Source: an uncultured Gemmatimonas sp. (GTDB lineage: Bacteria > Gemmatimonadota > Gemmatimonadetes > Gemmatimonadales > GWC2-71-9). Taken from it: a DNA stretch of 63,232 nucleotides. The stretch covers positions 1-63,232 of the forward strand of contig CAZFSA010000001.1 in NCBI GenBank assembly GCA_964521535.1. The letters are read 5' to 3'. Under the pieces are notes generated by a model. That model did not search any database. It was not told where the DNA came from and worked only from the letters and a program-made list of their open reading frames with translations. Numbering within the stretch: position 1 is the first letter of the stretch; every line of letters begins with the position of its first letter. Position numbers and translations under genes: made by a program. This document shows positions 45,860 through 53,119 of this stretch, in pieces.

Positions 45860-47269
45860 ATGATGCTTTCATTCGCGACCGACTTTCCGATAAAGCACAC
45901 CCACGGGTCGGCTGAGTTTCTGCGGGCGATCCACACCTGGGTTCTCGGATCGCCACACACCCGGCTCAGCCAAGCTGACCTCGGGGAACTCCTGGGCTCG
46001 ACGGAATCGCACATTCAGAAAGGCAACGAATCAATCGACTGTCTGCAGTTCTCGGCGGCCAGCGAGGATGCTGTGGCCATCAGATACACCAGACACGACG
46101 ACGGCCTTGAGTGGACCACAGCTGTCGTGTTCTCACGGACCACTTCGGACTCCTGGGTCGGCATCCGAGTATCCTGTGAATCGGGCCGCCCCGCGGCCCG
46201 CCTACCAGCAGCGAAGAAGCCGGTTCTGGTCCGGACCCTTCTGGACAATCTGGGAGGAGCGGCTGATGGAGCACTTCTTGTCAGTAGTGTGCCTCTCCGC
46301 CTGAACAACACAGATATCGACGTTGCCGCTCGCTTGATCACGGGAACGGCCGGCTGTCGTCTTCCGATCGTCTATGTAAGCGCAAGGTTCCAGGGAAGCT
46401 ACATAGTCGATAGCGACCGCCTGCCGCGTGAGCTCGCGGGAATGGCTCATGTTGTCGTCGAGCCGAACCGGCCGTTCTCGCTCCGTCTAAAGCTTGAAGT
46501 CGATTCCGAGAACGTCTACGGCGGAACCGTCGGCGTTTACTGGCCTGATGGTGGAGGCCGACGTTCTTTTTTCGTCGGACGAGAGTTCGAGTCGCAAGAT
46601 GACATCGCTCGTGCGATCTTCGACGAGATCCGCACGGCACTGACCAACCGGCGACCGTTAGATAGATGTACTTGGGCACATGTTCAAGAGAGTGCGTCAC
46701 GCCAAGCCATCGAGGCGCTTCAGGCTTCGGGCTCGCTCGAGGTTCAGAAGTACATCGAAACGTTCGACAAAGAGCTCGTAGCAAAGTCCCAGCGCCTCGA
46801 GGATGCGAACCGGGAAATCACGCGTCTGCAAGCGGAGCTTCGGATCCATGAGGCACGCCTCGCGGCCCGCACCGGTTCGCTCTTGCGAACAGGCGCCGAG
46901 CAGGACCTCTACCCAAACGAAGTGTTGGGCATCCTGCGAGACGCAATTGAGGATGCAGCGACCCGCGTACCACAAGATAGCAGGCGCCAGCATGTGCTTA
47001 GTGCCGTTCTCCAGGCGAACCCGATGAACGAGGACATCGCTGGCACCAAACGAGAACGGCTGAAACAGCTCCTCAAAGGTTCCAAGGGGATCGATGCGAA
47101 GGTACGGCGTGGGCTTGAGGAGTTGGGCTTCACGATCAGTGACGAGGGTAAGCACTACAAGATCGTGTTTCAGGACGATGACCGTTACACGTTTACGCTC
47201 CCGAGGAGCGGTAGCGATCATCGTGGAGGCTTGAATGCCGCGGCTGATATAGCGAGGCTACTGTTCTGA
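45860..47269 (+). CDS. hypothetical 469-aa protein: unknown N-domain, coiled coil, HicA-like C-terminal domain
   Basis: Clean 469-aa ORF in lower-GC DNA with many A/T-ending codons. Central heptad-like stretch (KELVAKSQRLEDANREITRLQAELRIHEARLAA). C-terminus LEELGFTISDEGKHYKIVFQDDDRYTFTLPRSGSDHRGGLNAAADIARLLF resembles the HicA/YcfA fold pattern (from memory). Confidence 0.75.
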   Translation: MMLSFATDFPIKHTHGSAEFLRAIHTWVLGSPHTRLSQADLGELLGSTESHIQKGNESIDCLQFSAASEDAVAIRYTRHDDGLEWTTAVVFSRTTSDSWVGIRVSCESGRPAARLPAAKKPVLVRTLLDNLGGAADGALLVSSVPLRLNNTDIDVAARLITGTAGCRLPIVYVSARFQGSYIVDSDRLPRELAGMAHVVVEPNRPFSLRLKLEVDSENVYGGTVGVYWPDGGGRRSFFVGREFESQDDIARAIFDEIRTALTNRRPLDRCTWAHVQESASRQAIEALQASGSLEVQKYIETFDKELVAKSQRLEDANREITRLQAELRIHEARLAARTGSLLRTGAEQDLYPNEVLGILRDAIEDAATRVPQDSRRQHVLSAVLQANPMNEDIAGTKRERLKQLLKGSKGIDAKVRRGLEELGFTISDEGKHYKIVFQDDDRYTFTLPRSGSDHRGGLNAAADIARLLF

Positions 47270-47349
47270 GAGCTAACAACCGGTTGCAGCGGACGGTCCA
47301 CTGCGCGGCCCGCCGCTGAACCGGAGCGTTATGTCACAAGGAACACTGC

Positions 47350-47892
47350 GTGCCGTACTTAGTCACGGAAGTGAAAGCCCATTGTTGGCCGAGCGTCGAA
47401 GCTGTAGAGGAGGCGCTTCGGGCCTTTGGCCTATCAGTGAGCGCAATGGAGGAGGTTCTTCGCTCGTGCTCCCATCCCGCGGCGCCTCGAGATGGCGTCG
47501 GCTTTCAGCTTGATCTAGGCCCCACGATGGAACGGCACCTGTCCACCGTGCTGTCGCAAGATGGGCTGCGGCCGGCGAGCACACGCTACTCCCAGAACCT
47601 GAATGAGAACGCTGATCTTGCGTTTGAATGCGACCGCTCTGGCAGGCGTGTATTCGTCGAAATCGAGTTCCGTCCTAACGTGGAGAAGGACCTCGTGAAG
47701 TTTCAGATCGGTACGAATACCGGCTCTCTGGCCGTCGCCGTGCTCATCGTTACCACAGACCGTACCTCCGTCAACGCTGGCTACACCACCATGCCGGAGT
47801 TCGGTAAGTTTGAGCGCGTCATCGAAGAACTCAGGCCGGCTTACCCCTTGCTGATGCTCGGCTTTCGCGGCCAGCACCGGCTGGGGTCGTGA
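47350..47892 (+). CDS. BglII/BamHI-fold PD-(D/E)xK nuclease-like protein (180 aa)
   Basis: GTG 47350 is preceded by AAGGAA. The core ADLAFECDRSGRRVFVEIEFRPNVEKDLVKFQIG...LAVAVLIVT...YPLLMLGF gives D-x8-E-x-E then K. From memory this is the same spacing as BglII Asp84/Glu93/Gln95. Confidence 0.65.
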   Translation: MPYLVTEVKAHCWPSVEAVEEALRAFGLSVSAMEEVLRSCSHPAAPRDGVGFQLDLGPTMERHLSTVLSQDGLRPASTRYSQNLNENADLAFECDRSGRRVFVEIEFRPNVEKDLVKFQIGTNTGSLAVAVLIVTTDRTSVNAGYTTMPEFGKFERVIEELRPAYPLLMLGFRGQHRLGS

Positions 47893-47963
47893 GCTGAGCA
47901 GCCGGGGACCCGGCTGACACAGGACCGGGGAGATGGGTAACACGCTTCTCCCTAGGGAAGTGG

Positions 47964-48610
47964 GCCCCGGTGATGCGGCGGTGCGTTCGTCAAAGCGGCC
48001 GAACAGGGTGTCATAATAGACGGTGTTCCACAGATTGTTGGCAAGCTCCTGGAAGCCGACGTACTCGTGGTTGAGGGCCTGACTCAGGACGTGCTGGCCG
48101 GAATGCAGGAGGAAGGTGCCGGCCCCGCTGAGCTTGCGGACCTCGAAGTGGCAGGGGGAGGGCCGGGGGGAAGGGCTCCAGCGCGAGGCGCGCCTTTCGT
48201 CGTCGAGCGCTTCATGCGGCCGCAGTTCGTTGTAGGTGACACGGAATCGGTTGAAGACCCGCCGTTGCAGGTTCAGGTTGGCGGCGGGGGGCCGGGTAGC
48301 GCGGCCCTTGAGCGTCTTGAGGAGCCGTTCGTGGGCCCCGTTCACCTTGGGTCTGCGCCGGGTGATCCGCTGGTGGACAATCCCGAGCTGGAGCCACCAG
48401 ACGTTGAGGCGGTTGAGGCCGTGGATCCCGGTGGAGGCGAACGGCGTGCCCTTGTCGCCACGGTCCCTCCGGGAGGCCATAGGTGCGATACAGGAGCCGG
48501 AGGTGGGGCTTCACGCACGCCCCGCTGACATCGAGCAGTCACCCATGTGCCCGGACACCTGTCACCTATGTACCCCGGTTATACCCACGCGATGCACAAC
48601 CAGGGGAATC
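47964..48610 (-). mobile_element. decayed IS481-family transposase remnant (N-terminally truncated, frameshifted pseudogene)
   Basis: Track ORF 47515..48480 aa 1-170: DRGDKGTPFASTGIHGLNRLNVWWLQLGIVHQRITRRRPKVNGAHERLLKTLKGRATRPPAANL...YNELRPHEAL...GRFDERT. This resembles the C-terminal half of the IS481 rve domain (...DNGxPFAS...GI.H.RI.PGRPQ.NGRHER.HRTLK.E..RPPA...YN.ERPHEAL). The preceding LYRTYGLPE is in another frame (ORF 48212..48514), so there is at least one frameshift. An in-frame TGA lies just upstream, and no intact N-terminus is present. Confidence 0.7.
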
Positions 48611-48763
48611 GAGCCGCCGGCGGCTGCGTTGCCCCAGCTCTTTTGCAGTGCGTAGGCAGCCTCGCCAAGGTGATCGCCAGTGCTCACGCGGGCTCCGTTG
48701 CTGCGTGGCTCCGATGCGGGCCGAGAACAGGCTTCCTTCCCGATGGACTAGGAATGCAACGCC

Positions 48764-49267
48764 ATGATGGATATCGAGAAGATTCCGAGACCGATCGTTC
48801 CGGGGGCAGAAATGGAGGCATTAGAGCGCTTCTATCCTGACGTGACATGGACCGGGACCATCGAAGCGGGCGGCATGGGCCCAGGCACCCCCGCACAGAC
48901 GGCGACGGGCTGGGGTAGGCACGAGCGCATCCAGGATGGGCGCTGGATCGTCGGCACCTACGAGCAGGATCAACGGCTGCTCGACGGCACGTTTGTGCTT
49001 CGCGGGCAACTGCACTGGGTCGTTGGCTGGGACCCGACGAACGGCGAGTATCGTGCCACACTCGCCGACAACTACGGCCACGCCGACGTCATGCGCGGGC
49101 ACATCAGTGGTGACCAGCTGGTCTTCGAGAGCATCGGCGATCCTCCCGTTCGCCTCCGTCTGACCTGGGACACTTCAGACCCGAACGACATCACCTGGCG
49201 AAACGAGGTGTCCATGAACGGTGGTCCGTGGTCGCTGGTCGAGGCCCATCACATGACCCCCGTCTGA
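48764..49267 (+). CDS. DUF1579-like protein
   Basis: 167 aa. The pattern ...GRWIVGTYEQD...GQLHWVVGWDPTNGEYRATLADNYG...LVFES...ITWRNEVSMNGGPW is consistent with the DUF1579 lipocalin-like family (from memory). Confidence 0.7.
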   Translation: MMDIEKIPRPIVPGAEMEALERFYPDVTWTGTIEAGGMGPGTPAQTATGWGRHERIQDGRWIVGTYEQDQRLLDGTFVLRGQLHWVVGWDPTNGEYRATLADNYGHADVMRGHISGDQLVFESIGDPPVRLRLTWDTSDPNDITWRNEVSMNGGPWSLVEAHHMTPV

Positions 49268-49288
49268 CAACAGCTGAGGGAGGCATGG

Positions 49289-49516
49289 ATGAGAGTACTA
49301 GCATTCGTTGGCTGCATTGCTGGAATCCTGCTCGGCGGTGTCTGGCTGCTGCAAGGACTGGCCCTGATTACGGTGAAGCCGATCCTCTGCTTTGCAGATT
49401 GCCAGCCACTGGAGGGTCCGTCGGCGACGTGGGCCTTGATCGGTGCTGGGCTCCTAGTGGCAAGCGCGCTGGGAGTCGCCCGCCTGCGCCGATCGCGGCG
49501 CCGGGCTGGGACGTAG
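49289..49516 (+). CDS. small two-TM membrane protein (75 aa)
   Basis: ATG 49289 lies 5 nt after GAGGGAGG. Product MRVLAFVGCIAGILLGGVWLLQGLALI...WALIGAGLLVASALGVARLRRSRRR. Confidence 0.5.
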   Translation: MRVLAFVGCIAGILLGGVWLLQGLALITVKPILCFADCQPLEGPSATWALIGAGLLVASALGVARLRRSRRRAGT

Positions 49517-50557
49517 TCACGGGTGCTGGTGACCGTCTCTCCCCCGTGCCGGGCGCCGCCCGGCCACCCCACCCATCCGCTCCACTCCTCCCATGTGCTC
49601 GCCCATCATCCACCAGTGCTCCAGGTCCATCACGTTGCGGGAGCCATCCTGGAACTCGTCCAGCGCGGCCTCGATCGCGCGGGCCTTCTCGGCGCGCGGC
49701 ACCAGGGGAGAGGCCAGGATGTCCGAGATGATATCGTGCAGCATGTGAAGGTTGTCGAAGACGATCGCCGCCCGCGGGTGCCGCTCGCTGAACCGGGGGG
49801 CGACCGCGCTGGTCATCGGCATCACCTCGGGAAATCGGAGCGAGTCCACCATCACCCAGAACCGGGCCACCGTCTCGCTTACCCCGTCCCGGACCTCGGC
49901 CGCATCCTCCGGAGCCGCGCCCTCCGCGGCTTCGACCAGCGGCTCGTAGAGCCCCACCTGGAGCCAGTGATAGGCCCAGATCAGTCCGTTGAACCGGGGA
50001 TTCCGCTTCCGGAAGGTCTGGCTGAAATACTGCTCGTCCATCAGCTCCATCACCTTGGGCCGGGTGGTGAAGGCCAGCTTGCGGTTGGAGAGGTAGTAAT
50101 CGGTCACCCGCTCCACCATCGCGCGCCGCTCCTCAGGACTCAATCGGCGATCGGCGTAGAGGTCGTAGATCTGCCGGTGGAGGACGTGGGCCCAGTCGAA
50201 CATCTGCTTGGCGCGCCAGGCCATCCGGGCGTAGTTCGGCATGATCGCCTCTTCCGCCACGGCGAACCGCGGGGGGCGGCGGAGGAGATCGCGGGTAAGA
50301 AAGCCGAACTCCCGTTCCTCCAGCCGTTCCGGCGGCGCTTCCGGCCTGGCATACAGGACCTCGTACAGCACCGCATGCCCGTAGTCAAACGCGTTGAAGA
50401 GCCGGGCGGCATCGGGGAACTCGCGGCGAAACGACCAGTTGAACCGGCCCGGGTAGTGGAACTGCTCGTCCCGACCCTGGGCAGCCAGCTCGGCGGCAAG
50501 GCCGGCCAGGAGCGAGAGCAGGGCGCCGACGATCACGCCGCGAGATGGGCGCGTCAT
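49517..50557 (-). CDS. secreted His-rich helical protein, unknown function
   Basis: The real gene is the 3' 346 codons of track ORF 49517..50815. ATG 50557 is preceded by GAGGAGG and overlaps the upstream TGA. Signal peptide VIVGALLSLLAGLAAELAAQ. Repeated H-containing motifs (FDYGHAVLYEVLY, WAHVLHRQIYDLY, FDNLHMLHDIISD). Confidence 0.7.
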   Translation of the reverse strand: MTRPSRGVIVGALLSLLAGLAAELAAQGRDEQFHYPGRFNWSFRREFPDAARLFNAFDYGHAVLYEVLYARPEAPPERLEEREFGFLTRDLLRRPPRFAVAEEAIMPNYARMAWRAKQMFDWAHVLHRQIYDLYADRRLSPEERRAMVERVTDYYLSNRKLAFTTRPKVMELMDEQYFSQTFRKRNPRFNGLIWAYHWLQVGLYEPLVEAAEGAAPEDAAEVRDGVSETVARFWVMVDSLRFPEVMPMTSAVAPRFSERHPRAAIVFDNLHMLHDIISDILASPLVPRAEKARAIEAALDEFQDGSRNVMDLEHWWMMGEHMGGVERMGGVAGRRPARGRDGHQHP

Positions 50558-51342
50558 GGCAGCCTCCTCGCCGGCATCAGGCCGGCGATGGCAAAGGCAT
50601 GACTGAGACCGAGCGATACCGACGTGGCACCGGCCCCTCGATGGAGGCCCTGCGTGAGCCCGACGTAGCCCACCACGGTGGGCGTGAGCTGCCGGCGAAG
50701 GGCCGCGCCCAGCGCCCAGCGCACCGCACCGTCCGGCCCGTCCTCCGCGAGCAGCTCGGCCACCACCAGGGTGCTGGTGCGGTACAGGGTGTAGTCCCAC
50801 CCGACTCCGGCCCACCAGCGCGGCTCCGCGACGTGATCCGGCCCCACCAGTTCGGCCTCGAGGTTGGCGTGCCAGCGCGACCGGCCCACCGCGCGGGTGG
50901 CGATTCCGGTCACCGAAACCGCGAGGTCGTCGAAGAGCGGCGCGGCGGTGGGCTGCCCGGCCTCCAGCGCCAGCGATACCGCCGGTGCGCCCGGGGTCTC
51001 GCGACGAAGCTGATAGAAGAGCGAAAGCCCGGCGTGGCTCGCGGCGGGCGTGGCCGACCCGTCCCGGCCGGCCACGAGGTCAAGGTCGGCACCGACCACC
51101 AGGTTCCGCGCGATGCCGTACTCCAGCGCGGGGGCGAGCGTGTGCCAGCTCGCGCCCCGACCACTATTGAACCGCCACGGGAGCGAGAGCTCGAACGCGT
51201 ATCGCTCCACCGCCACGGCGTCGGCCACCCGGGCGGGGCGGCCGCGATCCAGGTTGCGATAGTCGATCTGGCCCGGCAGGGCCGGCGGAAGCGCGATCGC
51301 TCCCCCGGCCAGCGCCAGGAAAGGCAAGCGACAAACGGGCAT
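50554..51342 (-). CDS. outer-membrane beta-barrel-like protein
   Basis: 262 aa with a signal peptide and alternating strand pattern. C-terminal region ...VSLGLSHAF. Confidence 0.65.
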   Translation of the reverse strand: MPVCRLPFLALAGGAIALPPALPGQIDYRNLDRGRPARVADAVAVERYAFELSLPWRFNSGRGASWHTLAPALEYGIARNLVVGADLDLVAGRDGSATPAASHAGLSLFYQLRRETPGAPAVSLALEAGQPTAAPLFDDLAVSVTGIATRAVGRSRWHANLEAELVGPDHVAEPRWWAGVGWDYTLYRTSTLVVAELLAEDGPDGAVRWALGAALRRQLTPTVVGYVGLTQGLHRGAGATSVSLGLSHAFAIAGLMPARRLP

Positions 51343-51420
51343 TCGATTCCTCGCCAGGAGTGGAGCCAGGCCTCGATGCCGGGAGGGGTCCCGGCGACGA
51401 GCCCGGCTCGAACAGCGACT

Positions 51421-51780
51421 CTAGGCGCGGAGCTGCGGGGGAGGCGGAATGGGCTGGGGAACGAACGACCGCCAGGCCGCGGCCAGGCGGGTCTCGGGAC
51501 CGGCCACCGCGGAAGGGTGGGTAGCCCCTGGCGGCCGAACGAGCACCACGTCCAGTGCCGGCGCGCAGTGCGTCTGGGCGGCGCACTGGGTGGGCGGGCA
51601 GTGGGGGCACTCGGTCGCAGGACCGGGTGACTCGGCCGGTGTCCCGTGGCCGTGATGCGTTTGGGCGGCCCCCTCGCCCGCGCCGCAATGGGCCCGGGCC
51701 GGGGGCACCGCTCCCGCCACCACCGCGATCGCGAGGAGGCCTGAGATGAATCGGCGAACTACCCGGAGCGAGTCAGCCAC
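51421..51780 (-). CDS. small secreted Cys/His-rich protein
   Basis: Signal peptide FISGLLAIAVVAGAVPPARA, then HCGAGEGAAQTHHGHG...ECPHCPPTQCAAQTHC. 119 aa. Confidence 0.5.
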   Translation of the reverse strand: MADSLRVVRRFISGLLAIAVVAGAVPPARAHCGAGEGAAQTHHGHGTPAESPGPATECPHCPPTQCAAQTHCAPALDVVLVRPPGATHPSAVAGPETRLAAAWRSFVPQPIPPPPQLRA

Positions 51781-51887
51781 GCTTCAACGCTAACAGAAGC
51801 CTCACCCGGCTCGCAAATCCGGACCGGCGTTCATGGTGGGGCTCCGGGGTGGGCGCCATGCCACGGGCACCGGTGTAGTTTTCCAGC

Positions 51888-52160
51888 ATGAAACCAAGCC
51901 GCAACGCGGTGTTCTGGGTCGTCGCCGCCGCCTTCGTCGCCTACCTCCTCTACTTCACCCTCCGGACCCAGCAGGTCACCTGCGAGGTCTGCATGACCTT
52001 CAACGGCGTCACCCGCTGCGCCACCGCCTCCGGACCGACCCGCGAAGCCGCGAGCGAGACCGCCCAGACCACCGCCTGCGGCCCGCTCACCAACGGGATG
52101 GACGAGACCATCGCCTGCGGCCGCCTGGCGCCCACCCGGATCACCTGCTCGGGCGAGTAG
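51888..52160 (+). CDS. small membrane-anchored Cys-rich protein (90 aa)
   Basis: N-terminal TM (VFWVVAAAFVAYLLYF) followed by 6 Cys (CEVC...C...C...C...C). Its stop lies 3 nt before the yggT-like start. Confidence 0.5.
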   Translation: MKPSRNAVFWVVAAAFVAYLLYFTLRTQQVTCEVCMTFNGVTRCATASGPTREAASETAQTTACGPLTNGMDETIACGRLAPTRITCSGE

Positions 52161-52163
52161 GAC

Positions 52164-52745
52164 GTGAGCGTCCTCGAGGCGATCGACCTGGTGGTGCGGG
52201 CGGTCGCGATCGCGGTGGTGGGTGCGGCCGCCGCCGTCGCCGCCACCCACTGGGCCGTGCGTCGCGGCGCACTCCCGCCGTTCGGGGCCTGGCCCCGCAC
52301 CGTCCGGAACCTGAGCGACCCGGTCCTCCGCCCCATCGAGCGGCGGCTGGTGCGACGGGGCGCCAACCCGCAGGACGCTCCGCTTTGGATGCTGGGGATC
52401 GCGGTAGTGGGCGGATTGCTGCTGATCAGCGGGACCCGGTGGCTGGTCGGGCTGGTCCTGATCCTGGCCGGGTTGCGCAGCGCGCCGCCCATCGTCTGGC
52501 TCCGGGTCGCGCTGGACTGGACCATCGGCATCCTGATGCTGGCGCTGATCGTGCGAGTGGTGTCGAGCTGGCTGGGAGGCTCGCCCTACTCCCGGCTCCT
52601 CCGGCCGGTCTACCTGGCCACCGACTGGCTGGTGAACCCGATCCGGCGGGTCCTTCCCACCATCGGGATGATCGATCTGAGCCCGCTCGTGGCCTACCTC
52701 GCACTGGTGCTGGTGAGAAGTCTGTTGTTCGTGGCGTTGCGGTGA
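52164..52745 (+). CDS. yggT: YggT family membrane protein
   Basis: 193 aa with two YGGT-type repeats (…LSDPVLRPIERRL… and …ATDWLVNPIRRVLPTIGMIDLSPLVAYLAL…). Confidence 0.85.
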   Translation: MSVLEAIDLVVRAVAIAVVGAAAAVAATHWAVRRGALPPFGAWPRTVRNLSDPVLRPIERRLVRRGANPQDAPLWMLGIAVVGGLLLISGTRWLVGLVLILAGLRSAPPIVWLRVALDWTIGILMLALIVRVVSSWLGGSPYSRLLRPVYLATDWLVNPIRRVLPTIGMIDLSPLVAYLALVLVRSLLFVALR

Positions 52746-53029
52746 CTCCCATCCGGGCCACGGAGACCGGCTGCCGGATCCGGGTCCGGGTACAGCCCCG
52801 GGCGTCCCGCACCGAGAGCGCCGGGATCCACGGCGACGCTCTCCGGATCCGGGTTGCCGCCCCTCCCGTTGACGGGGCCGCCAACCTGGCCCTGGTCCGA
52901 TTCCTGGCCGACCGGCTCGGGGTTCCGCAGCGCGCGGTGGTAGTGGTCCGCGGCGCCGCCGCCAGGGAGAAGGAGGTGGACGTGGCCGGCGTGAAACCGG
53001 AGACCGCGGCCCGCGCGTTGGGCGTCTGA
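52742..53029 (+). CDS. DUF167 (YggU) family protein
   Basis: GTG 52742 overlaps the yggT TGA (GTGA). Product IRVRVQPRASRTESAGIHGDALRIRVAAPPVDGAANLALVRFLADRLGVPQRAVVVVRGAAAREK matches the DUF167 pattern. Confidence 0.85.
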   Translation: MTPIRATETGCRIRVRVQPRASRTESAGIHGDALRIRVAAPPVDGAANLALVRFLADRLGVPQRAVVVVRGAAAREKEVDVAGVKPETAARALGV

Positions 53030-53119
53030 CCCTTCGCCGGACGGCCGTGCCGGCGGGCTGCAACGGTTCGGCCGCGGGCAGCGTCTAAGGGGGCGTTCGT
53101 CCAGAACGGAGCCCCGATC

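Noticed and set aside
47515-48480. 321-aa minus ORF as a single intact gene.
   Set aside because: Only its first roughly 170 aa resemble a transposase C-terminus. The remainder is read-through that runs antisense into the nuclease-like gene (47350..47892). It was called as a truncated IS remnant instead.
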